Assembly (NCBI GenBank): GCA_013626165.1
Contig: NDHX01000002.1
Coordinates: 639 to 64,638 of the forward strand
DNA: 64,000 nucleotides
Direction of reading: 5' to 3'
Source: Candidatus Velesiimonas alkalicola
GTDB taxonomy: Bacteria; Omnitrophota; Gorgyraeia; Velesiimonadales; Velesiimonadaceae
Position numbers and translations under genes: made by a program. Below are positions 55,525 through 64,000 of the stretch, piece by piece. Below the pieces are notes generated by a model. It saw nothing but the letters and a program-made list of their open reading frames with translations. It was not told the DNA's origin and did not search any database. Within the stretch, counting starts at the first letter, position 1, and the number at the start of each line of letters is the position of its first letter.

Positions 55525-56722
55525 ATAAGGTTATATAAGGCATAATCGGAAATCTGTATCTGATGACAACCCTGCCAAGTATAGTTAAAAAAGAATAGGA
55601 AAAGACAAGGGTAAGAAGAAGCAGGCTCTGCCGCCAGTTCTTGAGAGAAAGAAACGCACCCACTACAAAGAGCATAATAATTATGCCGGAGGTCAAAAGA
55701 CTAACCCAGAGGTGAACCTTTCCGTAGGTATGGTCAGCCACGCCCGCACCCAAGTGCGGATAAAACCTCCAGAAACGAAAAAACCGGTTGACGACCAGCC
55801 TGACATAATCTTTTGGATGCGCAAAAATAAATTCAAATGCTTGATGCCGGTACCAGTTGTGCACCTCAACCTCCGACATTCCTTCAAATAAAGAAGGGTC
55901 TTCACTACGGAAAAAACCCGCATGATTGTCAATTTTTTTGACCACCGCAGGATTGTTTGCTATGTAAAAAACTTCGCCGGTCACCGTGGGAATTATTACT
56001 AAACGATGGTGAATAGCATAATTACGGATGACCCAGGGCGAAAAAGTAACCATAAAGATGAGAAAAACGAAGCAAGTATTTCGGAACGCTTTTGTTCGAT
56101 CGCGCTGGGTCAGAAAAAAAGTGATGAGCAATAAAGGGGTAATCAATATCGTTTGAGCCCTGGTAAGGGCCGCCAGACCAAGGAAAAAACCGGCCAGGAA
56201 GAGATTCCACCGGGAAGGATTCCTGAAATTTTCCGTCAGAAAAAGTATCGGCAACATTAACATGAAAACGTGGAAGGATTCCCGTGCAAGATAACCGCTC
56301 CAGAAGACAGACTCCGGTAAGAGACCGAACACCAGGGCCGAGGTCATTCCTATTGATGTAGAATTAAAGGTATTCTGACCAATCCGGTAGAGTAAAACCG
56401 CAGACAGGCTTCCTAAAATCGCTAAAAGAATCTTGGCCACCAGGTAGTTCTCACCAAAAAAGAAGAAGACGGGGACTAAAAATAAAGTAAATCCTGGTTC
56501 CCTCCAGGAATAAAGCGGTTCCGTGCCTGGATAAATGGAAACACTGCGGGGCATGGAATAACCCCGGCCCTGAATGATTGACCAGGCCGCCTCCTTGACA
56601 CCCTCCTCGTTCCACTCGTCAACGGTATTGTCAAGTGTGGCAATCCAGACAAGCCTTAAAGCCAGCGCCAGCAAAAAAATAACCGTTAATTTTTTCTTAA
56701 GCAAACCGAAGCCTTTCATCAC
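55475..56722 (-). CDS. GT39/GT83-type membrane glycosyltransferase (ArnT / PMT-like, polyprenol-phosphate-sugar-dependent)
   Basis: ~11 TM helices and an N-terminal loop with acidic residues (LDNTVDEWNEEG), typical of the ArnT/PMT_2 superfamily. High GC. Confidence 0.65.
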   Translation of the reverse strand: MMKGFGLLKKKLTVIFLLALALRLVWIATLDNTVDEWNEEGVKEAAWSIIQGRGYSMPRSVSIYPGTEPLYSWREPGFTLFLVPVFFFFGENYLVAKILLAILGSLSAVLLYRIGQNTFNSTSIGMTSALVFGLLPESVFWSGYLARESFHVFMLMLPILFLTENFRNPSRWNLFLAGFFLGLAALTRAQTILITPLLLITFFLTQRDRTKAFRNTCFVFLIFMVTFSPWVIRNYAIHHRLVIIPTVTGEVFYIANNPAVVKKIDNHAGFFRSEDPSLFEGMSEVEVHNWYRHQAFEFIFAHPKDYVRLVVNRFFRFWRFYPHLGAGVADHTYGKVHLWVSLLTSGIIIMLFVVGAFLSLKNWRQSLLLLTLVFSYSFLTILGRVVIRYRFPIMPYITLFAIYGIYQLWLFRKRS

Positions 56723-57059
56723 TCTTCTTTCCCGTGTCTTTGCAATAATAGATTAAATTTGTAACTATTTACCCATTAGAAATAACGGCCGAATGTCATT
56801 TATAGTTCTCCGCACAACCTCGCTGTTTGACAATCATTCGTAATAAATATCATCGGGCACATTGTCGCGGTAAATGTTGTCGTCAGGTATACTCAAGTGG
56901 AGGGTGGAACAACCCGAAACCCAGATGGCACCGCCCTCATCAGCCGTATTTCGTTGCCCGTAAAAGCAGTCGTTCGTGTACTGTGTAAAAAAACAGCCGA
57001 CGGAATACGATATATGGCTTTTATTTGTCACCTGTTTCCTATGTTCTGAAATCTCTACT

Positions 57060-57776
57060 CTATTTTATAACCATCACTTCTGCTGACCTTATTGTCTTTT
57101 GCATCCCGCTGTCAAGCCTTACCAACAAAGAACCATCTGTATTTAAACCTATGCAATAGCCTTCAAATCTTTTTTTCTTTTCTTTTATTGTTGCACTTCT
57201 TCCTAATGTCTCACACAGTAGTGTTGCCTCTTTTATAATAATATCGGACTTGTATTTTGATTCCCTATATAATGTGTCGCAAGAATCAACAATATTTACA
57301 AGAAGGGTTCTTCTTTCAAGGTGTGTCTTTTTTATCAAGGACAAGGATGTTGCAGATTCAGGTAATTCATTTTTTTTTGAATTAACATTTATACCGATGC
57401 CCACAACAAAATATTCATCATCAGGAGAACCTTCTACCAGGACCCCACATATTTTTTTATTTTCAAATAAAAGGTCGTTAGGCCATCTTAAAAAAGTCGT
57501 AATATTAAATTTTTTTTTAAGAACATTTGCAACTGCAACAGAGGCAAGAAGTGAAATCTTATCTTGTAAAAAAGAACCGCAAGACTTAAAAATTATGGAG
57601 AAAAGAAGGTCTTTACCCTGTTGACTTTCCCATGTTCTTCCCTGTCTTCCTCTTCCTTTGGTTTGAAAATCAGAGACAATAACAGTTCCTTGCGGGAAAC
57701 CACGCTTTGCAAGCGATAATGCAACATCATTTGTAGATGTAGTTTTTTTAAACCATAATATCTGGCCTTTATTCAT
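57060..57776 (-). CDS. birA: biotin--[acetyl-CoA-carboxylase] ligase (group I, no HTH)
   Basis: GRGRQGRTWES motif, ~238 aa. Confidence 0.85.
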   Translation of the reverse strand: MNKGQILWFKKTTSTNDVALSLAKRGFPQGTVIVSDFQTKGRGRQGRTWESQQGKDLLFSIIFKSCGSFLQDKISLLASVAVANVLKKKFNITTFLRWPNDLLFENKKICGVLVEGSPDDEYFVVGIGINVNSKKNELPESATSLSLIKKTHLERRTLLVNIVDSCDTLYRESKYKSDIIIKEATLLCETLGRSATIKEKKKRFEGYCIGLNTDGSLLVRLDSGMQKTIRSAEVMVIK

Positions 57777-58581
57777 TGCCCAATAACTCTTTTATTTTTA
57801 ACTGGACATCTTCTGCTGTTATAAGCGTTTCTCCGACAAGTATTGCTTGGACACCAAGTGATTGCAGGTGCAGGACATCCTCATAATTTTTTATCCCGCT
57901 TTCCGATACGACAACCCTGTCTTTCGGGATATGTTTTATAATTTGTTCGGTGGTGTTGAGATTAAGGTCCAATGTTTCAAGGTTTCTGTTGTTTATTCCT
58001 ATGATATTGATTTTTTCCTTGCAGTCAAGCACACATTTTAGTTCTTCTTCGGTGTGAACTTCGCACAACACCTGCATGCCTAAACTATGACTAAGGTGTG
58101 AAAAATTCTCAAGTTCCTTAAGTGTTAGTATGCCTGCTATAAGAAGCACTGCATCTGCGCCGGAAGCATAAGACTGATATATCTGATACTTATCAATTAT
58201 AAACTCTTTTCTTAATACGGGGATATGGACAGTTTTTTTTACATCTTCAAGGTCTTTTAAGCTTCCGCCAAAAAACTCTGTATCTGTTAAAACAGATATT
58301 GCAGAAGCACCTGAAGCCTCATATATTTGTGCAAGCACAACAGGATTAAGACGCCCCACCAATATACCTTTAGAAGGAGATTTTCTTTTTATTTCGGCAA
58401 TAAGGCTGATGTGGTGGGATTTATTTATTGCAGTACATAATGATTTCGTCTTAAAATTAACTTTCTTGCACCTTTTAATAATTGAATTAAGAGAAACAAT
58501 ATTTTTTGCTTTCTCAATCTCTATTTTTTTATTTTCAAGTATTTTATTCAGATACATATTTTTAAGATTATCCCCGTTCAT
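57769..58581 (-). CDS. trpC: indole-3-glycerol phosphate synthase
   Basis: IAEIKRKSPSKG, ISVLTD and IGINNRNL motifs. Confidence 0.9.
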   Translation of the reverse strand: MNGDNLKNMYLNKILENKKIEIEKAKNIVSLNSIIKRCKKVNFKTKSLCTAINKSHHISLIAEIKRKSPSKGILVGRLNPVVLAQIYEASGASAISVLTDTEFFGGSLKDLEDVKKTVHIPVLRKEFIIDKYQIYQSYASGADAVLLIAGILTLKELENFSHLSHSLGMQVLCEVHTEEELKCVLDCKEKINIIGINNRNLETLDLNLNTTEQIIKHIPKDRVVVSESGIKNYEDVLHLQSLGVQAILVGETLITAEDVQLKIKELLGNE

Positions 58582-58820
58582 TTTTTAAATATCATAGGCT
58601 TATTACAACAAAAAGGTTCTACTTTGCCAGTGGTTTTTTTATTAACGCAGCCTCCAAGCCACAAACAGAACAGTAGAATATTTTTAAAAGACAGGATGTG
58701 ATTTTCCATTGGTTTATTGTAGCATACAGGAGAAGGCTTAACCCCCTTATAAAAGACAACTGTAACCTCCGGACCACAAACAGAGCATATAAGCACACTC
58801 CCAATCTTGCACTGTATCAT
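58578..58820 (-). CDS. small Cys-rich protein with an internal tandem duplication (CxxCG...C(Y/C)NKPM twice)
   Basis: Stop overlaps the trpC start (ATGA). Two modules: CSVCGPEVTVVFYKGVKPSPVCYNKPM and CLWLGGCVNKKTTGKVEPFCCNKPM. The DNA-level repeat ccacaaacaga occurs twice. Confidence 0.35.
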   Translation of the reverse strand: MIQCKIGSVLICSVCGPEVTVVFYKGVKPSPVCYNKPMENHILSFKNILLFCLWLGGCVNKKTTGKVEPFCCNKPMIFKK

Positions 58821-59267
58821 TTCTTCTTCTTGTCAGACATTAAAGGCTCCATCATTTTTCCACAACATACATATCGGCTCAAGATTTCCAATATCTTTCT
58901 TTGTAACCATCAATATATTCTCGCACCTATTACAGTGATATGCCTTACCAACATTTATGGTCCAGACATTTATCCAATCCTTTGCGCTCTATTTTCCTTC
59001 TATTATCTTTCTTATATTTCTCATCTTTTAAGGTAACTGGAAAACCGGTCTCTTAAGAGCACCAGTGCACCAGTTACCACACCCAGAGGGTACCCGAAGA
59101 TACAAATCCCAAACAAATCTCAAAACCCAAATTTTCCTCACTTTCTGGATACCAACAATTTTATACTCATCTAACGGCAAGTATCTTTACCGAATTTGGT
59201 GATAAACGCCATTGTGTTTCCTGCAAAAAAAAGGGCTGGCTTGTTCCCCCCCACATTTAGCCTGCGT

Positions 59268-59462
59268 CTATAAATCAGGAGCAACCATACAAATTTTTAA
59301 ATTTCTTTCCTTAAAAAAGTTTTTTACCTGCTCAACATTTTTATCATTTATTATATGCCAGTTGCTAACCAGCTCTAAACCATCTAATTTCCTTACCTTC
59401 ATAGCAATATCAAGCATCTCTTCTGTTGTCTTTCCGCCACACCTTCGTAGCCTGAAAGACAA
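59268..59462 (-). pseudogene. N-terminal fragment of a sugar phosphate isomerase/epimerase (xylose-isomerase-like), decayed
   Basis: 64 aa (...TTEEMLDIAMKVRKLDGLELV...) then a stop. Downstream homopolymers a8 (59237-59244) and c7 (59247-59253), with the reading frame scattered. Confidence 0.4.
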
Positions 59463-59659
59463 TACCTGTCTGCATAAGACCCAAATGTTGGCAGATACGC
59501 CCCAAATTTGTATTTATCTATCATCTTCTATCTTTGTTATACTTTATATTCCATTGCTGTCTGACATTGAAAAATAATCGCCATCGCATAATAAGTTATA
59601 GATTGGAACCCTGTTCACTTCTTTTAACTGTATTGTTCGTATAACCCTTTCCTTTTTTG

Positions 59660-62600
59660 TCATATTTGTTTTTCTTTTATAATAATCTCCGGTCTGCTCA
59701 TCAATCCGCAGGGAACAGTTTGATAGCCTTCAAACCAATCCTTCCCCTCGGCAACAAAAGAACCGGGTCCTGTCCAGATTGGCCATTTTTCTGATAAATG
59801 TAGTGGCCCATGGGAATTTCGTCTATGCCCTAAAACTTCTATTGTTAAAACAACTTCTTGTTTGCCCCTAACATAGTTGGTTATATCCAACTGATTGGGT
59901 TGCCATCCAATAACACCTGCGCCTTTCCCATCTACAAGTATCCTGATTCCAGCCCCTCTATAATCTGAAATATTAACAAAAATCCGCTGATTTTCTTTCA
60001 AATCCCGGATTATTTTGCAAGTATAACCTATATTGCCGGAATAAAATGGGAGCCCTTGTTCTGTCCAATCACCTATTTTTAAAAAACCCACAGGTTCGCA
60101 AAGAATAACCTGTTTTCCCTTAATTTTTACACCAAAATCTCCGAGTATATAGACTATCTCAAGTCCCGGATGGTTTTCATTGTAGTTACATTCTAAAAGA
60201 ACCTCGTTTCTGCCAGCACGCAAGATGCTTGAATTAAATTTTAAAGTTTTTAAGGATTTATCCACCCACCATCCGTTTTCTAATTTAGCTAAAATCTTAG
60301 AGCCATTTATCTTTATTTTAAAAAATTCCGGTTTTTCTATTGCAAGCGATATTTCTCCGGATGGAATTTTTTCTATATCAAATAAATATTTTAAAGTAAC
60401 AGGCGCATTTCTGGGGTTTTTGTTCTTTTTTCTTGCCCAGGGTTGAACCATCGCTCCACCTCTTTCTTTAATAGAAAGGTGTTGTCTTACAGTTTTATCT
60501 ATACGAAGTATTTCTTCTTGTTTCCATTTTCCATTACCTATTTTATAAAAGGGCCTGTCAAGAACGCAAATGTTTGGCTCTGAAAGTTTTATTTCCCAGA
60601 TTTCCTTTTCTATCTTGAACCGATCTACTTCTTGAAGGTTTTCCTTGCCAGTTAAAAATGAGATTGCCTGTCCTTGCCCACCACAGGAAGAGCTCATATT
60701 TCTTGCAATGACAGTTTGTATCGTATCAGATTTTGGTATTATAAACAGCCTGCTTGCTATAGGTCCAAGGTCTGTCTTGATTTGGTAACCTGTGTCTGTT
60801 TTGATAGAGTTTGCCAAACATATATTCCCTGTTTCCGGGTCAAGTTCTATCGGCTGATGTTTCCACTCTGGCACTGCTTTTATTATCACTTCTGGAAATT
60901 CAATCAGCCTTTCTCTTGCAAGCGGACTTCTTGCGAAAACATCTTTATTATCCCAGTTCATACCTGTATTACAGACAAAAAGATAGAATGCTTCTTTATC
61001 TTCTCTTAAAAGATATATGGCGGGGTTTATTTCTTTGCCCTCTTTGTCTGTTATTGATATTTTTCTTGATGTTTTTTCAATCCTTGTTATTGCCTCTTTA
61101 AAAGAAGAAACATTTTCACAGGATTTGGCAAAATCATTCGCCTGCATAGAACAAACTGCATCCACATATTCAGGCGCTTTATCAACAAAAACAACCTGTC
61201 CGCCTGTCTGTTTAAATTTTTTAAGGAGTTTAATTGTTGAGCTTCTAATTGTATAAAGCGGTGGAACAAGAACTGCTTTGTATTTTGCTTTATTTACTAT
61301 AAGAACAGGCACACCATTTTTTTTTGATACTTTTGCCCATCTTGACAATATTTCCTCATCGCCATAGTCAAAGTCAATATGCGAGGAAAGAAGAGTGTCA
61401 CATAGTGTGGCGAACATTTCATCATATTCTTTTACTTTTGTGTCCTGTTTTTCTGTCTTTTTTTCAGTGTTCCATTTGGGCGCCTTGAAAATCGCCCACA
61501 TACTTTCTATAGGATGGACCACAAGAAGGTCTCTTACCTCTTCTCCTTTTGTCATAATTGAGTGGACCCTCGCAAAATAATCCTCAACTTTTGGATATGC
61601 ATCCCACCAGGGAGATTGATAGGAAATACTTGCCGGGTAATCTCTTTTTGCTTCTCCAAGCATTGTATAATAAGAAAGATGCTGGCAACGAAGATTAATG
61701 CCCAGAGCAACCTGCCAGTCCCCAAGCGCCTTATGCCCTATAAAGGGGAAGTCCCAACCGGTGCAACCATATGTTTCTGTTAGTCTCCATTTTCTTCCAA
61801 ACTGTCTTGCTACTGAACTAACCTGTTTTGCAGTATTGAAAATCCTCCAGTGTTCTGTAAGAAGATCCATACCCGGCGCCTGCATATATTCATAAAATCT
61901 TAAGGTGCTCCCAATCCATTGCACTTGGGAAGAAAGAAAATCTTCACAAAGAACATGACCCGTAAATAATATTTTATTTTTTTCGCACCACTGTCCAATC
62001 TGTTTTGCAAATGAATCTACAAAAAGAAAGGTAAGACAATCCCTGTAATGGTATCTTGCTTTTGAAATTTTTTGTCCTTCTATATCAAAATAAATCTCTG
62101 GTAGGTGGTCTAAAATATTATATCCATATCTTTTATGAAAAACTTCTGGCAGATGGTCCGTCCACGAAACCATAATATATCCTTCAGGAGCATCAGCCCC
62201 GGCCCAGTGAGCAAAGTTCAGACCGTAATGTGGTTCATCTGTAAAAATTCCAGGGATACTTAAACCAAAATGCCTGCCTGAATTTTTCTTATAGGCGTTA
62301 TGCGTAGTATTGATAAACTCTTTGACAGCTCCTGGGTTCATTGTGTCAAGATAAGTGTAGCCATTAAACCAGTCGCTTGGTTTTTCCTGTTCAATAGAAA
62401 AAATTAGCATTGTCTCAGATGGAGAAAGCGTTTTTATTTTTTTACCATTTTTAAGATAACTATATTTTTTTATAATTTCTCCTTTAAATTCAGCAATAAA
62501 TATTGCAATAACATTCTTTGTCCATTTAATTTTTTTAATATCTTTTGTCATTGCCATTACAAGATACCTCATCCTGTATTTGGAATTTTTTGTAACAAGC

Positions 62601-62884
62601 CCGCCTGCTGCGCCTGATGGCCATCTGTCCTCATCGTAAAGATAAGCCTTCATATTAAGTTTCTTTGCTTCATCAGCGCAAGTGTTTATACATTCAAACC
62701 ATTCTTTTGAAAGATACGACGTATCAAGTCCTACCCTTGAATGCATAAAAAATCCGCCAAGACCCATATGTTTCATAATCTGTATCTGCCGTCTTAATTC
62801 TTCCGGCTCTAATTTCCCATTCCACGACCAGAATGGTGCTCCCCGGTATTGGGAACCAGGATTTTTAAATTCCTTTAAGTCCAT
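59660..62884 (-). CDS. large glycoside hydrolase-like protein (1074 aa; possibly GH106-type alpha-L-rhamnosidase, family uncertain)
   Basis: N-terminal GAPFWSWNGKLEPEELRRQIQIMKHMGLGGFFMHSRVGL TIM-barrel-type start. No signal peptide recognised. Long multi-domain C-terminus. Confidence 0.55.
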   Translation of the reverse strand: MDLKEFKNPGSQYRGAPFWSWNGKLEPEELRRQIQIMKHMGLGGFFMHSRVGLDTSYLSKEWFECINTCADEAKKLNMKAYLYDEDRWPSGAAGGLVTKNSKYRMRYLVMAMTKDIKKIKWTKNVIAIFIAEFKGEIIKKYSYLKNGKKIKTLSPSETMLIFSIEQEKPSDWFNGYTYLDTMNPGAVKEFINTTHNAYKKNSGRHFGLSIPGIFTDEPHYGLNFAHWAGADAPEGYIMVSWTDHLPEVFHKRYGYNILDHLPEIYFDIEGQKISKARYHYRDCLTFLFVDSFAKQIGQWCEKNKILFTGHVLCEDFLSSQVQWIGSTLRFYEYMQAPGMDLLTEHWRIFNTAKQVSSVARQFGRKWRLTETYGCTGWDFPFIGHKALGDWQVALGINLRCQHLSYYTMLGEAKRDYPASISYQSPWWDAYPKVEDYFARVHSIMTKGEEVRDLLVVHPIESMWAIFKAPKWNTEKKTEKQDTKVKEYDEMFATLCDTLLSSHIDFDYGDEEILSRWAKVSKKNGVPVLIVNKAKYKAVLVPPLYTIRSSTIKLLKKFKQTGGQVVFVDKAPEYVDAVCSMQANDFAKSCENVSSFKEAITRIEKTSRKISITDKEGKEINPAIYLLREDKEAFYLFVCNTGMNWDNKDVFARSPLARERLIEFPEVIIKAVPEWKHQPIELDPETGNICLANSIKTDTGYQIKTDLGPIASRLFIIPKSDTIQTVIARNMSSSCGGQGQAISFLTGKENLQEVDRFKIEKEIWEIKLSEPNICVLDRPFYKIGNGKWKQEEILRIDKTVRQHLSIKERGGAMVQPWARKKNKNPRNAPVTLKYLFDIEKIPSGEISLAIEKPEFFKIKINGSKILAKLENGWWVDKSLKTLKFNSSILRAGRNEVLLECNYNENHPGLEIVYILGDFGVKIKGKQVILCEPVGFLKIGDWTEQGLPFYSGNIGYTCKIIRDLKENQRIFVNISDYRGAGIRILVDGKGAGVIGWQPNQLDITNYVRGKQEVVLTIEVLGHRRNSHGPLHLSEKWPIWTGPGSFVAEGKDWFEGYQTVPCGLMSRPEIIIKEKQI

Positions 62885-63004
62885 ACATTCCTCTTTTTAT
62901 ACGACCTGCTATTTATAAACTATTGACTACAAACTAAATTTTAGACTTTGGACCAAATTTTAACCAGTCACCTATCACCAGTTCTATTAGGGTTATACAG
63001 CAGG

Positions 63005-63697
63005 CTATTTATACATTTTTAACAAAAGTTTTCTATAGTCCTCTGCCTCTAAATTATCAATCCCCTTTACTTCTTTTGAAGTAAGATACCTTGGTTTTTT
63101 ACCGATAGAAAGTGTAATTAGTAAAAAACGGGCCGCATCTTCCAACACCAAACACCTGTAATACGCCTCTCTAAGGTTACAACCCACACAAACTGCCCCG
63201 TGATTTTTAAGAAGAACAGCGTTATACCCTTTTTTAATTTCTCCAGTAACAGATGCTCTAATTTTCTCACCCGCAGGTATTACATAATCTAAAACAGGAA
63301 CCTCGGAACTTAAAAGAGCAACAAAATCCGGAAAAAGCGCCTTAAATTCTACATCAGCGGTTGCCAGTGCTGTTGCAACAATGGGGTGCGTATGAATTAC
63401 CGCACTAATATCGGACCTACAAACATAACAACCGAGGTGCATAGAAACCTCACAGGTTGGTCTCAGTCCGTTGTTTTTACCTTTTTTCTTCCCTGTTTTT
63501 AAGTCTATTTTAACCCACTGATTGGTGTCAATTTCGGCAAGACTGAACCCGCTTGGGGAAAGATAAATGGTGCTACCCTGTTTTGCACTGATATTGCCAC
63601 CCGGACCTGCTGTAAGTCCCTTCTCTACAATCAATTTTCCATATTGTTCTAATTCTTGAATTATTTTATTCATAATTAGTTTTTGTAATTTTATCAC
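63005..63697 (-). CDS. class II aldolase/adducin-family protein (fuculose-/rhamnulose-1-phosphate aldolase-like)
   Basis: Zn-ligand region HTHPIVATALA, ~220-230 aa. Start is either GTG 63697 or ATG 63673. Confidence 0.8.
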   Translation of the reverse strand: MIKLQKLIMNKIIQELEQYGKLIVEKGLTAGPGGNISAKQGSTIYLSPSGFSLAEIDTNQWVKIDLKTGKKKGKNNGLRPTCEVSMHLGCYVCRSDISAVIHTHPIVATALATADVEFKALFPDFVALLSSEVPVLDYVIPAGEKIRASVTGEIKKGYNAVLLKNHGAVCVGCNLREAYYRCLVLEDAARFLLITLSIGKKPRYLTSKEVKGIDNLEAEDYRKLLLKMYK

Positions 63698-63715
63698 AAA
63701 CTCTGCCAGTACAAT

Positions 63716-63730
63716 TGTAATATAATTACA
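63716..63730. promoter_or_regulatory. perfect 15-bp palindrome TGTAATATAATTACA, candidate operator upstream of the aldolase gene
   Basis: 6-bp half-sites TGTAAT/ATTACA around ATA, 19 nt upstream of the GTG start of the minus-strand aldolase gene. Confidence 0.35.
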
Positions 63731-64000
63731 TAAAATTGACTGGCGATCAATTCATTTCTTTAAACGCCGAACCGCATATCCTTATAGTATCTTCAATTAT
63801 TTTTTAGAATGGCTTGACAATAAAAGCTTTTCTCTAACTTGTAGAGATGTTGTCCTGCGATTTATCCCTATTGCAACTATACTTAAATTTTACATTTTTA
63901 CTGTATTCTAAATCTTATAATGTTTTTATTTTTTCTTATTATTTTAAGTATTTTATCAACAACACTTTTTTTATGTATCCAATTACAACTCTGGCATGAC

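Noticed and set aside
56834-57031. 65-aa minus-strand ORF at the right edge of the GC-rich island
   Set aside because: No RBS and no features. It lies in the island boundary, possibly a relic but unsupported.

Overview
AT-rich (roughly 35-38% GC by eye) bacterial chromosomal segment from a Gram-negative-type organism, as indicated by LptD, an MsbA-like ABC exporter, YajC/SecD and the Tol-type TPR protein. Most of the window is housekeeping: dnaK, yajC-secD, ilvBN, rng, rplU-rpmA, rpmB, recJ, cysS, birA, trpC, asd, leuC, split class I fumarase, rdgB, htpX, three tRNAs and the RNase P RNA. The accessory content sits in five places. (1) A polysaccharide-biosynthesis locus at the 5' end carries a GC-rich mosaic patch and gene-fragment junctions. 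(2) A restriction-modification island lies after rdgB: a hypothetical gene, a beta-class MTase and a PD-ExK nuclease ORF, followed by an in-frame start-less gamma-class MTase remnant, which may be a degraded Type IIG fusion. (3) Several high-GC insertions are present: a GH4 gene plus a YjeF_N gene after rpmA, and a 4-kb glycosylation island with an ArnT/PMT-like GT39, a GT2 and two SAM methyltransferases. (4) A sugar-utilisation locus at the 3' end has a large glycoside hydrolase, a class II aldolase, a palindromic operator and a decayed isomerase gene. (5) Most striking is a family of roughly 100-nt perfect or near-perfect palindromic elements built on TAGTAGGTAGG arms, inserted inside otherwise tight operons (yajC|secD, ilvB|ilvN, rplU|rpmA) and always ending in the same CCTGCCTACTAT tail just upstream of the next RBS. 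Several other short intergenic repeat families are interspersed with it. No CRISPR array, integrase or transposase was seen.
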